Origin: an uncultured Chloroflexia bacterium
GTDB taxonomy: Bacteria; Chloroflexota; Limnocylindria; Limnocylindrales; CSP1-4
Length of the DNA: 64,000 nucleotides
Assembly (NCBI GenBank): GCA_963710105.1
Contig: CAVPYV010000001.1
Coordinates: 178,370-242,369, forward strand
Direction of reading: 5' to 3'
The notes beneath the pieces were generated by a model. It worked only from the letters and a program-made list of their open reading frames with translations. It searched no databases and was not told the origin of the DNA. Below, in pieces: positions 43,931 through 53,742 of the stretch. Numbering within the stretch: position 1 is the stretch's first letter; the number at the start of each line of letters is the position of its first letter. Made by a program: the position numbers and the translations under genes.

Positions 43931-45087
43931 GGGCCAAGCGCAAGGTCACGACGACGCCGGTCACCCGTCGCGGCGGGATCCAGCGCGGCCCGACGCCGCG
44001 CCGGAAGCAGGGACCCGCGGGCTCGCTCCCGGCCCTGCCGGCGTCGCCGGCTCCCGCGCGTCCTGCCCCGGGCGCCCGCATCGATGCGGCGACGCCTCCG
44101 CTGCTGCCGCAGCCGCCCGTGCCGGTCGAGGTCGACCTCGCCGTCGACCTGGGCCGCGGGCTGATCCTGCGGACCCCGATCCTCGCCGCCGCCGGAGCGT
44201 TCGGGTACGGCACGGAGCACGGGGACGACGTGGACGTGGCTCGTCTCGGGGCGATCTGCACGCGGGGCACGACGCGTCGGGCGCGGATCGGCAACGCCGG
44301 GCCGCGGATGATCGAGGTCGCGGGCGGCCTGCTGAACGGCGTGGGGCTCCAGAACCCCGGGATCGACGCCGTCGTCGAGAAGTACGCGCCGCTCTGGGCG
44401 ACCTGGCGGACGCCGGTGATCGTCAACGTGGCCGGCGAGACCGTCGCGGATTACGTCGAGATCGTCCGGCGCCTGGAGGGGGTGTCCGGCATCGCCGGCA
44501 TCGAGCTGAACCTGTCCTGCTCGAACCGGGCGCGCGGCGGGCTGCAGTTCGGGCTGGACGCGGCCGCGGCCGGGGAGCTCACGGCGGCCGTTCGCCGCGC
44601 GACGGACCTGCCGCTCGTCGCGAAGCTGTCGCCGAACGCGACCGACGTGCGATCCGTCGCGCGGGCCGCCGCAGCCGCGGGCGCCGACGCGCTGAGCGCG
44701 ATCAACACGGTCAGCGGGATGGCGGTGGGTCCGTCCCGGACGGGTCCGCTCCTCGGCAGCACCTACGGCGGGCTGTCCGGGCCCGCGATCCGGCCGATCG
44801 CCCTGCGGATCGTCCACGAGGTCGCCGGCGCGGTCGACATCCCGGTCATCGCGGTCGGCGGGGTGTCCGCGATCGGCGACGTCCTCGACTTCCTGGCGGC
44901 CGGCGCGGTCGCGGTCCAGGTCGGCACGGCGCTGTTCGCCGATCCGGACCTGCCGGCCCGGCTCGCCGACGAGCTGGTCGAGGCCCGCCGCCGGCGCGGG
45001 CTGACCACGTACGCGGACCTGGTCGGGACGGCCCAGGCGAAGAAGGCCGGCCCGCCGTCGACGAGCGGGGCCGAGTACCGCCCTTAG
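43927..45087 (+). CDS. pyrD: Dihydroorotate dehydrogenase class 1B catalytic subunit
   Basis: LNGVGLQNPG, ELNLSCSN, AKLSPN, AINT, GGLSGPAIRP; long N-terminal extension, start uncertain. Confidence 0.9.
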   Translation: MRAKRKVTTTPVTRRGGIQRGPTPRRKQGPAGSLPALPASPAPARPAPGARIDAATPPLLPQPPVPVEVDLAVDLGRGLILRTPILAAAGAFGYGTEHGDDVDVARLGAICTRGTTRRARIGNAGPRMIEVAGGLLNGVGLQNPGIDAVVEKYAPLWATWRTPVIVNVAGETVADYVEIVRRLEGVSGIAGIELNLSCSNRARGGLQFGLDAAAAGELTAAVRRATDLPLVAKLSPNATDVRSVARAAAAAGADALSAINTVSGMAVGPSRTGPLLGSTYGGLSGPAIRPIALRIVHEVAGAVDIPVIAVGGVSAIGDVLDFLAAGAVAVQVGTALFADPDLPARLADELVEARRRRGLTTYADLVGTAQAKKAGPPSTSGAEYRP

Positions 45088-45176
45088 GGCCGCGGGCGCT
45101 GATCGGCGGAAGATTGGGTGAACCGCGACGCGGTCGCCGGACTCTGGAACAGTGACAGGTCGCTCGGGAGGGACGA

Positions 45177-45713
45177 TTGGACCCGGCAACGATCCGGCGG
45201 GCCCAGACCGGCGACGTGGATGCGTTCACGGCGCTCGTCGCCGGGAGGGTCGAGGCGATGCAGCGGACGGCGATGGCGATCCTCGGTCACGAAGCTGACG
45301 CCCGGGACGCCGTCGCCGAGTCGGTGGCGGCGATCTGGCGCGAGTTGCCGCGCCTCCGAGAGCCGACTGCATTCGACGCCTGGACGACGCGGATCCTCGT
45401 CCATGCCTGTCGTCGACGGCTTCGCGGCCGCGGTCGGATGCGCGTCCGTGAGCTCAGGATCGACGCTGCCGATGCCGCGCGGAGCCTTCCGTCGGCGGCC
45501 GGGCCGGCCGACGAGGTCGCCGAACGGCTGGCGCTCGAGCGTGCGTTCGAGCGGCTCGACGGCGAGGCCCGGACGATCCTCGTCCTCCACCACCTCGACG
45601 GGCGCGGCCTCGGGGAGGTCGCCGAGATCCTGGCGATCCCGGTCGGCACCGCGAAGTCGCGGCTCTTCGCCGCTAGGCGCGCCCTCGAGCGCTCGTTGGA
45701 GCGCGAGCGATGA
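45177..45713 (+). CDS. ECF RNA polymerase sigma factor
   Basis: GGAGG then TTG; RAQTGDVDAF, DARDAV, GTAKSRLFAAR; close paralog of the sigma at 33537-34115. Confidence 0.92.
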   Translation: MDPATIRRAQTGDVDAFTALVAGRVEAMQRTAMAILGHEADARDAVAESVAAIWRELPRLREPTAFDAWTTRILVHACRRRLRGRGRMRVRELRIDAADAARSLPSAAGPADEVAERLALERAFERLDGEARTILVLHHLDGRGLGEVAEILAIPVGTAKSRLFAARRALERSLERER

Positions 45714-47374
45714 ACCGGGTCAGCGACGCGGCAATCGAGGTGATGCTCGCGAGCCGGGCGGACCGGTCGCGGGCAGCCACCGCCGACCTGGCGGACCTCA
45801 TCGCCGGCACTGCGCTGGCGGACCTCATCGCCGGCACTGCGCAGGTGAGGTCTCGGCCGACCCGGTGGATCGCCGCGGGCCGGCCCGCATGGGTCGCGGT
45901 CGCAACGGTCTTCGTGATCGCGCTCGCGTCGGCGCTCGTCGCGGGCTCGCTTCGAACCGGCCCATTGGCCTCGATGCACCCGTCCGGGCCCCTTCCGGCT
46001 TCCGGTCGCGAAGGGTCGCCGACTCAGAGTACGCCCGTGGTCGGTGCCGATCGATGGCCCGGCGGGATTCCGACGCTCCTCGGTGGGGCGCCCGTCTTCG
46101 TCGGCCTGGATGCCCAGCGCCAGCTCGCGACCCAATCGGACGACGCCGAGCTGCTCGTGGGCGGGTCGTGGCTGAGCGGCCCGGTCATCTGCACCGGCGG
46201 CATCTCGGTGGGTCCTGTCGACCTGAACCCGCTCGCGTTCCGCGGGTGCCCCAGGTACCGCCTCGAAGGCGTGCCAGGGAGGTTCCTGTACCCCCGCGAC
46301 GTGCCCACCAACGCGCCGATCATTCTCCGCGTCCACACCCACGACCGGCGCGCCGACACCTGCTGGAACGTCGAGGCCTGCCGCCAGGTCGTCGTCGTCG
46401 ACGGCGTGGCATGGTCTGCGCGTGACGCGGCGATGCCCGCCCCGATCGATGCCGCGTCAGCCGTCAACCGCGTGACCGCCATCCAGTTCGCCGAGCAACG
46501 GACGACGGCGCCGAATGAGATTACGTACGTCGATGAGGACGTGTTCGCCCTGCCGATCGCCTGTCACGACTTGCCCGAGCTGCTGTTCGAAATCCGCGGC
46601 GACCCGCGCGTACGGCTCGTTGCCGTCTTCGCCGATCCTGCGGCCCGTGCCGCGTTCCAGAACGCTGCCGGCGGCTCGCAAGCAATCCGGGCCATTGCGT
46701 CAGCGTGCCTCGACCCTGTCGATCCACCCGGGTCGGATGCTCGCTGGATCGGTCTGGACAACTTGCTCGTCCTTTCGGACACCGACGACGCGACTGCGGC
46801 CGAGATCCTGACCCAGCTCCGCAACACGACGGGAACATCCAGAAATCTCATCCCGTTGCCCGCGGGCGCCGATCTCAGCCGGGAGACCGTGAGCGACTTC
46901 CTGGCGGCCCGCGCCGCCGGCGAGTGGGATCACGCATGGGGCGAGCGGCTCATCTCGCCCCCAAGCGACGTGACGTACCCATACGGCGAGTTTCAGGAGG
47001 ACACCCTCCGACGAGCGGCCGCGAACGCGCTCGACGGCTCGATGACGTTGATCGCCGCGAACGCAACTCAGACGGATGTCGGACCGACAATCTGGAGCGG
47101 GCGGCCGCCGGGGTCGGACCTGTGGGTGTACCGGGTTGACTACCCCGGCGCGACCGACCCGGCGCTGGCGAGCGAGACATTCGTCGTGATCCACGACCCG
47201 AAGAGCGGGTTTCGCGACTGGACCATGGTCCGACTCGCCGGAGCCGACTACCCATATGTCCCCGTCGAAATGCCGGCGCCGTTGCCTTCGGGAATCTCGA
47301 CTCCGTCGCCGATCCCCGGAAGCGACGGAACCGGGGATACGCCGTGCGTTCCGGCGCCGGGTCCCTGCGGCTGA
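45710..47374 (+). CDS. Membrane-anchored putative anti-sigma factor
   Basis: ATGA overlap with the sigma gene; TM helix; Cys-containing ectodomain; in-frame 27-bp duplication at 45788-45841. Confidence 0.75.
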   Translation: MNRVSDAAIEVMLASRADRSRAATADLADLIAGTALADLIAGTAQVRSRPTRWIAAGRPAWVAVATVFVIALASALVAGSLRTGPLASMHPSGPLPASGREGSPTQSTPVVGADRWPGGIPTLLGGAPVFVGLDAQRQLATQSDDAELLVGGSWLSGPVICTGGISVGPVDLNPLAFRGCPRYRLEGVPGRFLYPRDVPTNAPIILRVHTHDRRADTCWNVEACRQVVVVDGVAWSARDAAMPAPIDAASAVNRVTAIQFAEQRTTAPNEITYVDEDVFALPIACHDLPELLFEIRGDPRVRLVAVFADPAARAAFQNAAGGSQAIRAIASACLDPVDPPGSDARWIGLDNLLVLSDTDDATAAEILTQLRNTTGTSRNLIPLPAGADLSRETVSDFLAARAAGEWDHAWGERLISPPSDVTYPYGEFQEDTLRRAAANALDGSMTLIAANATQTDVGPTIWSGRPPGSDLWVYRVDYPGATDPALASETFVVIHDPKSGFRDWTMVRLAGADYPYVPVEMPAPLPSGISTPSPIPGSDGTGDTPCVPAPGPCG

Positions 47375-47425
47375 GGCCTCGCGCGATCACGGACCGCGGC
47401 CGCCTCCCGCTAGACTTCGGAGCCC

Positions 47426-48097
47426 ATGACGACGATCAAGCCCGCCCTCGAGCTCGGTGCCCGAGCCGCGATCGCGCACCGGACGGAGGCGCTGCTTCGA
47501 CGGGTCGGAGCGCTGCCGGACGGGCATGTCCGCCTCGGGTCGGGCGACCACCTCGGCGTCGCGTTCGACATCGGCGCGCTGCTCGCGGATCCGGCCGCGA
47601 CGAGCGAGCTGTGCGCGTCCCTTGCGGGGGAGTACGGGCCGGGCGAGGGCCGGGACGAGCTTCGGGTCGACGCGGTCGCCGCGGCGTCGGCTGGCGCCGG
47701 ATCGCCGCTCGGCGCCGAGATGCTCGCCTTCGAGACCGCCCGCCAGATCGGGGTTCGGGCGGTCCTCGGCGCGTCCGCGACGGCCGCGGGCGACGCGTCC
47801 CCGCGGGACGTGCGGATCCTTCTCGTCGACGACGCGGTCGTCAGCGGTCGCTCGCTGCTGGCGACCGCCGCGGCGATCGAGGCGGCGGGCGGCCAGATCG
47901 TCGGCTGCGCGGCGATCGGGGACCTCCGTGGCGGCGGCCCGAACACGCTGACCTCGCCGGCGACCGGGCGGGCCTACCCGTTCCGGGCGCTGTGGCGTCC
48001 GACCGGTCCTGCGTGGGCGCCCGGAGCCGCCACGTGCCCGCGGTGTGCTGACGGGACGCCGCTCAGGAGTGCCCAGGCAACCGGGGGCCCCGGTTGA
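47426..48097 (+). CDS. Degenerate orotate phosphoribosyltransferase (PyrE)-like protein
   Basis: GALPDGHVRLGSG, LAFETARQIG, LLVDDAVVSGRS, C-terminal CPRC; located in pyr context. Confidence 0.7.
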   Translation: MTTIKPALELGARAAIAHRTEALLRRVGALPDGHVRLGSGDHLGVAFDIGALLADPAATSELCASLAGEYGPGEGRDELRVDAVAAASAGAGSPLGAEMLAFETARQIGVRAVLGASATAAGDASPRDVRILLVDDAVVSGRSLLATAAAIEAAGGQIVGCAAIGDLRGGGPNTLTSPATGRAYPFRALWRPTGPAWAPGAATCPRCADGTPLRSAQATGGPG

Positions 48098-48459
48098 CCG
48101 CCTCGCCCGCCCCGGAACGCCCGCCCGGCCGCGGTCGGCTGGTCGTTCTGCTGGCGGCGGCCGCCGCGGTCGTCGTCCTCGTGGTCGCGGCCGTGGCGAT
48201 CGCCGGCGGTCCCGCGCGCCAAGTCGAAACCGGCATCGTGGTCGCCGTGGAGGCGACCGGGATCACCTCGGTCCAGGGATTCTCGATCCGGACCGCGGAC
48301 GGCCGAACGGTCGACTTCCGGGTCGGCGCGATCGAGAACGCCGCCGAGTTCCCGCCGGGCCACCTGTCGGAGCACAAGGTCAGCCTCGTTCCCGTCCGGG
48401 TCACCTTCGTCGATCGGGACGGCGGCCACGTCGCGCTCCGGATCGAGGACGCGCCCTGA
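48094..48459 (+). CDS. Small membrane-anchored/secreted protein
   Basis: N-terminal hydrophobic helix followed by a beta-rich domain. Confidence 0.6.
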   Translation: MTASPAPERPPGRGRLVVLLAAAAAVVVLVVAAVAIAGGPARQVETGIVVAVEATGITSVQGFSIRTADGRTVDFRVGAIENAAEFPPGHLSEHKVSLVPVRVTFVDRDGGHVALRIEDAP

Positions 48460-48460
48460 C

Positions 48461-48982
48461 GTGGCGGGGCGGAGCGATCGGCCGGACGAGTCGCACCGGA
48501 CCCGCCTCCCGGCCCTCGGGCCGCGCGGCGAGGGCTGGGTCGCGGCCCAGCTCGTCCTCTTCGCGGCGATCGCGGGGCTAGGGCTCCAGGCGTGGCTGGG
48601 ACGGCCGGCCGGGGAGGGGCCTGGGCCCGCGCAGGTCGCCATCGGCGCGGCTCTGATCGCCCTCGGCGGCGTCGTCGCGGTGGGCGCCCTGCGGGACCTC
48701 GGTCGGAACGTCAGCCCCTTCCCGCGTCCGGTCGCCGGCGCGCCGCTCCTCGACCGCGGCGCGTATGGCCTCATCCGCCACCCGATCTACAGCGGGCTCG
48801 TGCTCGCGGCGGCCGGCTGGGCGATCGCCACCGAGTCCATTGGCGCGCTCGTCTGCGCGGCGCTCCTGTTCCTCCTGTTCGATGGCAAGTCGCGCCGCGA
48901 GGAGGTCTGGCTCGCGGCGGCCCATCCCGGGTATGCGGCGTACCGCGCCCGGACGAAGCGCCTGATTCCGTGGGTCTACTGA
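48461..48982 (+). CDS. ICMT/PEMT family membrane methyltransferase
   Basis: GAYGLIRHPIYSG, REEVWL, YAAYRARTKRLIPW. Confidence 0.88.
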   Translation: MAGRSDRPDESHRTRLPALGPRGEGWVAAQLVLFAAIAGLGLQAWLGRPAGEGPGPAQVAIGAALIALGGVVAVGALRDLGRNVSPFPRPVAGAPLLDRGAYGLIRHPIYSGLVLAAAGWAIATESIGALVCAALLFLLFDGKSRREEVWLAAAHPGYAAYRARTKRLIPWVY

Positions 48983-48997
48983 GTCCGGCCGCCGGGG

Positions 48998-49957
48998 CTA
49001 AGCGGCCTTCTCGACGGCCTTTATCGCCGCCTCGATCTCGTCGGGCGAGAAGACGAGCTCGAACGAGGCGCTGACCTTGCCGTCGGCCCCGACCACGAAC
49101 ACGTACGGCTCGGTCGAGAGCTTGAAGGCGATCGTCGCGTCGACCGGGACGAGGTTGTTCTGGGCGTCGAGGACCGGCTGGAGCGACCCATCGCTGAACG
49201 TCAGCTGGTACGGCTCGACGTTGATGAAGGTGAGCTCCGGATGCGCGGCCGCGACCGGCTTGACCTTGTCGAGCGTCGGGCCGCAGGTCGCGGACTTGCA
49301 GAACTTCGGCGTCGCGAAGACGAGGACGAACGGCTTCTTCGCCGCCAGGGCGTCCGCCTCCGAGGTCTCGTAGAAGCGGCTCACGGGCTTGCTGTCGCTC
49401 GAGATCTTCGCGATGTCGCCGCCGACGTCGGCCAGGGTCGGGGTCTTGACCGACGGGGCAAGGTCGCCGGGCGACACGACCTCGACGCGGTCGCGGACGT
49501 CGAAGCCGAACGACGTCGTCTCGCTCGGCGAGCCCGGCGCGGCCGTCGTGAAGTCGGCCGTCCATTGGCCGGCCGACGGGAAGCTCGCGTGCCCGACGTA
49601 GACGCCGTTCGCGCCTTCGATCGCCCAGACGAACGTCTGCGCCGCGGGCGCGATCGCCTCGCCGTTCGGGCCGTGGTAGCCGATCGTCAGCGTGCGATCC
49701 GGGCCGGCGACCTGCTTCTGGCCGGTCGAGTCGGTGAGGGTGAAGACGACCCGGTTGTCGCCGACGCGGAAGGCGCTCGTGATCGGGATCGGGAGGATCG
49801 TCCGGGTGCCGGAGGAGGCATTCGGCGCCGAGCCCGGGGCGCCGCTCGCCCCGTTCGGCGGCCCGCTGGTCGTCGGCGTGCCGGAGCCGGCGGCGCAGGC
49901 CACGGCGAGGAGGGACAGCGCGGCCGCGGCGGCCACGAGGCGGAATCGGTGGGTCAT
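48998..49957 (-). CDS. Lipoprotein with C-terminal thioredoxin-like domain
   Basis: Lipobox AVAC; FATPKFCKSATCGP, TEPYVFVVGADG. Confidence 0.8.
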   Translation of the reverse strand: MTHRFRLVAAAAALSLLAVACAAGSGTPTTSGPPNGASGAPGSAPNASSGTRTILPIPITSAFRVGDNRVVFTLTDSTGQKQVAGPDRTLTIGYHGPNGEAIAPAAQTFVWAIEGANGVYVGHASFPSAGQWTADFTTAAPGSPSETTSFGFDVRDRVEVVSPGDLAPSVKTPTLADVGGDIAKISSDSKPVSRFYETSEADALAAKKPFVLVFATPKFCKSATCGPTLDKVKPVAAAHPELTFINVEPYQLTFSDGSLQPVLDAQNNLVPVDATIAFKLSTEPYVFVVGADGKVSASFELVFSPDEIEAAIKAVEKAA

Positions 49958-50025
49958 GCCCGTAGCCTAGAACGGGTCGCTCACCGGCGCATTCGCCGGT
50001 CGTGGCCGAGGTCTTCGACGGCCGG

Positions 50026-50306
50026 CGACCGCCCGAATTCTCGGCATCCGGGCGAGGCTCGCCTGTTACCGCCGCCGACCGCCCAATTCTCGGCATCCGG
50101 GCGAGGCTGGCCTGTTAGCGCCGCCGGCCGGCCGAATCCTCGGCATCCGGGCGAGGCTGGCCTGTTACCGCCGCCGGCCGGCCGAATCCTCGGCATCCGG
50201 GCGCGGCTCGCCCGGTACGCCGAACCGGATCGGGCTCTCACGCAGGCCGGCGTCGCCGTGGCGCCCGAGATCTCTGGATCACAGGCGCCGCTCGCCCGGA
50301 TGCCGA
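50026..50306. repeat. ~50-bp tandem repeat (about 3.8 copies) plus one inverted core copy
   Basis: Core ctcggcatccgggcg(a/c)ggct in units starting near 50026, 50076, 50125 and 50175; reverse complement of the core at 50291-50306. Confidence 0.9.
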
Positions 50307-50544
50307 ATCCCACAGCGTCACTGGGGCGGCGGGGGCCTTCGGGACGCCCGGGGGGCGACGGGAGCGGGCGGCGCGGGTCGGCGGCCGCGAGGCGGCGCGC
50401 GCGCCGCGGGCCCTCATCAGGAGCCAGGGCATCTGGAGTCACGCGGGTCCCGCGCGCTAGAATGGCCGACGGGTCGCGCCGGCAGGAGATGGCCGGCCGC
50501 CCGGCACCGCCACCGGCCCCGACCGCGCGTTCCCGAGGAGGACC

Positions 50545-52410
50545 GTGACCCGCTTCCAGAAGCTCGCTGCGGCGACCGTCGCGACGGCGATCCTGCTCGT
50601 CACGATCGGGGTGATCGTCCGGGCGACGGGCTCCGGCCTCGGCTGCCCGGACTGGCCGCTGTGCCACGGTCAGCTCATCCCCGCCCTCGACGACTACAAG
50701 GCGTGGCTGGAATGGATCCACCGCGCGGTCGCGGTCGTGATCGGGTTCGAGGTCATCGGCCTCGCGGCCCTCGCCTTCATCGACCATCGCGACCGGCGGA
50801 CCCTCGTGGCGGCGACGCTCGGCGCGGTCGTCCTCGTCGGGTTCCAGGCCTGGCTCGGCAAGGAGACCGTCCTCCTGAAGAACTCGGGCGAGTCGGTGAC
50901 CGCCCACCTCGCGGCGGCGATGAGCCTCGTCGGACTGCTCGTCTGGGTCTTCGTCCGATCGCTCTACGCCGCCCGCCTCGACGGGCGCGGCAGCCAGCGG
51001 TTCACCCTCGTGGCCGCGTTCGGGGCGGGATCGGTGTTCGCCCTGCTTCTGTTCGGCTCGCACGTCACCGCCACCTCGCAGTGGTTCGTCTTCCCCGACT
51101 GGCCGCTGATGAACGGGACGCTCCTGCCGGCGGTCACCGACGACAACTCGGCCCAGGTCCTCCATCGCTGGATCGCGGTGGTCGTCGGGGTGATCGTGGC
51201 CGCCGTGTTCGTCGCGGCCTGGCGGATGAAGCCGCGCAACCGGGTCATCGTCCGGCTGGCTGCGATCGCCGCGCTCCTCTTCCCGATCCAGGCGGTCATC
51301 GGCGGCCTCCAGGTCCTGACCCTCCTGTCGGGCTGGACCCAGACGCTCCACCTGGCCCTCGGGGCGCTCGTCTGGGCGGATCTCGTCGCCCTCGTCGCCG
51401 TCGCCTATCTCGACGGGCGATCGGCGGCGACCGAGCCGGTCGGCGGTGGCGTGGCCCGCCTTGGCGGCCGCGATGACCCCGCCGCGGAGGCGCCGCGCAG
51501 CCGGAAGGACACGCTGCGCGCCTACATCGCCCTGACGAAGCCGCGCATCATCGAGCTCCTCCTCGTGACGACGGTCCCGGCGATGGTCCTCGCGACGCGG
51601 GCGGTGCCGGGGATCCAGATCGGCCACTGGCTGTGGCTCACGGTCTGGACCCTCGTCGGCGGGACGCTCGCCGCCGGCAGCGCGAACGCGATCAACTGCT
51701 ACATCGACCGCGACATCGACCTGCTGATGGCGAGGACGCGGCGCCGTCCGCTGCCGGCCCACGAGGTCGACCCCGAGCGGGCGGTCGTGTTCGGCCTGGC
51801 CCTCGGCGCGGTCGCCTTCGCCACGCTGGCGTTCTTCGTCAACCTGCTCGCCGCCTTCCTCGGGCTCCTCGCGATCGCGTTCTACGTCGTCGTCTACACG
51901 ATGCTGCTGAAGCGCTCGACGCCGCAGAACATCGTGATCGGCGGGGCGGCGGGCGCGCTCCCGCCGGTCATCGGCTGGGCCGCGGTCACCGGCAACGTCG
52001 GCGTCCCCGCGCTGATCCTCTTCGCCCTCGTCTTCTACTGGACGCCGCCCCACTTCTGGGCGCTCTCGCTCCGGATCCGCAAGGACTACGCCGCGGCCGG
52101 GGTGCCGATGCTCCCGGTCGTCCGCGGGATCCCCGAGACGACGCGCCAGATCGGGCTGTACACGATTCTCATGGTCGCGATCTCGATCGTCCTCTTCGCG
52201 GTCGCCCGGATGGGGCCGGTCTATCTCGTGGCGGCCGTCGTCCTCGGCGGGCTCTTCCTCCGCCAGGCGTGGATGCTCTGGCGGCGTGGCAGCTCGGAGG
52301 AGGAGTCGACCGCCGGCGCAATCCGGCTCTATCGCTACTCGATCTCGTACCTGACCCTGCTGTTCGCCGCGATCGCCCTCGACACCCTGGTCCTCGGCGC
52401 CGTCGGCTGA
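50545..52410 (+). CDS. ctaB: Fused heme A synthase (CtaA) - heme O synthase (CtaB/CyoE)
   Basis: GLGCPDWPLC, EWIHR, TAHL, LHR, TLHL, then LTKPRI, DRDIDLLMARTRRRPLP, WTPPHFWAL. Confidence 0.93.
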   Translation: MTRFQKLAAATVATAILLVTIGVIVRATGSGLGCPDWPLCHGQLIPALDDYKAWLEWIHRAVAVVIGFEVIGLAALAFIDHRDRRTLVAATLGAVVLVGFQAWLGKETVLLKNSGESVTAHLAAAMSLVGLLVWVFVRSLYAARLDGRGSQRFTLVAAFGAGSVFALLLFGSHVTATSQWFVFPDWPLMNGTLLPAVTDDNSAQVLHRWIAVVVGVIVAAVFVAAWRMKPRNRVIVRLAAIAALLFPIQAVIGGLQVLTLLSGWTQTLHLALGALVWADLVALVAVAYLDGRSAATEPVGGGVARLGGRDDPAAEAPRSRKDTLRAYIALTKPRIIELLLVTTVPAMVLATRAVPGIQIGHWLWLTVWTLVGGTLAAGSANAINCYIDRDIDLLMARTRRRPLPAHEVDPERAVVFGLALGAVAFATLAFFVNLLAAFLGLLAIAFYVVVYTMLLKRSTPQNIVIGGAAGALPPVIGWAAVTGNVGVPALILFALVFYWTPPHFWALSLRIRKDYAAAGVPMLPVVRGIPETTRQIGLYTILMVAISIVLFAVARMGPVYLVAAVVLGGLFLRQAWMLWRRGSSEEESTAGAIRLYRYSISYLTLLFAAIALDTLVLGAVG

Positions 52411-52530
52411 GGGCGCCGGCCCGGATCACCCGCGCGGGTCACGGAAATCACCGTTGACCCGGCGCACGCTCGGGGCCCATCGCGCCGATCGGGGCGACCG
52501 GCGCGGGCGCGGGCAGGGGATACTGGGTCC

Positions 52531-53742
52531 GTGCCGTCCTCCCGTTCCCCCAGCCGCGAGCCCGTCCTGGTCTTCGGCGCCCACATCGCCGCCCTCGGGG
52601 TCCTCCGGACGCTCGCCCGGCGCGGCGTCGAGGCCTACGTCGTCGACCAGACCTCGAACATCATCGTCCGATCGCGCCACTACCGGCCGACGACCCCGAA
52701 ACTGCCCGAATCGGCCGATCCCGCGGCGCTCTCGACCTTCCTCGAGTCGCTCCCGATGGAGCGTGCCGTCCTGATCGCCTGCAGCGACCAGTGGGCCCTC
52801 GCCGTCGCCGGCCTGCCGGCAGCGACTCGCGAGCGGTTCCGGGCGAGCATCGCGCCCCATGCCGCCGTCGAGCAGTTCGTGGACAAGGACCGCTTCCGGG
52901 CCCTCACCGACCGGCTCGATATCCCCCGCCCGCGGAGCCTCCTGATCGGCGAGCCGGCGGACCTCGACCAGGCGACCGACGAGGACCTCGCCAACGGCTT
53001 CCTCAAGCCGACCGAGTCCCACCGCCACAACCGGCGCTTCGGGACGAAGGGCTTCTTCGTCCATTCCCGGCCCGAGGCCGCGCGCCTCGTCGAGCAGGCG
53101 AGCGCCGACGGGATCACGTTCATGCTCCAGGAATGGATCCCCGGCAACATGTCGAAGACGTTCCTGATCGACGGCTTCGTCGACCGGGCCGGGCGGATCC
53201 ACGCCATGGTCGCCCGGCGGCGCGTCCGGATGGACCCGCCGCGGCTCGCCAACACCTGCTCCGACGTCACGATCCCGCTCGACGACATCGCCGGCTGCCT
53301 GCCCGCCCTGAAGACGATCCTCGCGGCGACCGACTACCGCGGCATCTTCAACATCGAGTTCAAGCTCGACGAGCGAGACGGGGTCTTCAAGGTCATCGAG
53401 GTCAACCCGCGGCCGTTCTGGCTCATCGGCCACATCGCCCGGGCCGGCCTCGACCTGCCGTGGCTGAGTTATCTCGACGCGCAGGACCTCGCGCTGCCGG
53501 AGCCGGGGCCGTACCAGATCGGCCGGTACGGGATGTACGAGATCCTCGACGCGACCGCGATCGTCCGGGCGTGGAGCCATGGCCGCCGGCCGGAGGGCTC
53601 GGTCCTGGGGCCGTGGCTCCACGGCGACCGCGCGCTCTTCTGGTGGCGCGACCCGCTGCCCGCGGCGAGCGCCCTGCGGCAGGCGATCGGGCGGAGGCTG
53701 CGCCGCTCGCGCGGCGCCGCCGGCGTGCGCCGCGCTACTTGA
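52531..53742 (+). CDS. ATP-grasp carboxylate-amine ligase (D-aspartate ligase-like)
   Basis: IACSD, DKDRF, FLKP, QEWIPG, IEFKLDERDG..IEVNPR. Confidence 0.8.
   Translation: MPSSRSPSREPVLVFGAHIAALGVLRTLARRGVEAYVVDQTSNIIVRSRHYRPTTPKLPESADPAALSTFLESLPMERAVLIACSDQWALAVAGLPAATRERFRASIAPHAAVEQFVDKDRFRALTDRLDIPRPRSLLIGEPADLDQATDEDLANGFLKPTESHRHNRRFGTKGFFVHSRPEAARLVEQASADGITFMLQEWIPGNMSKTFLIDGFVDRAGRIHAMVARRRVRMDPPRLANTCSDVTIPLDDIAGCLPALKTILAATDYRGIFNIEFKLDERDGVFKVIEVNPRPFWLIGHIARAGLDLPWLSYLDAQDLALPEPGPYQIGRYGMYEILDATAIVRAWSHGRRPEGSVLGPWLHGDRALFWWRDPLPAASALRQAIGRRLRRSRGAAGVRRAT

Noticed and set aside
50026-50212. Possible CRISPR array
   Set aside because: Units are head-to-tail with no unique spacers.
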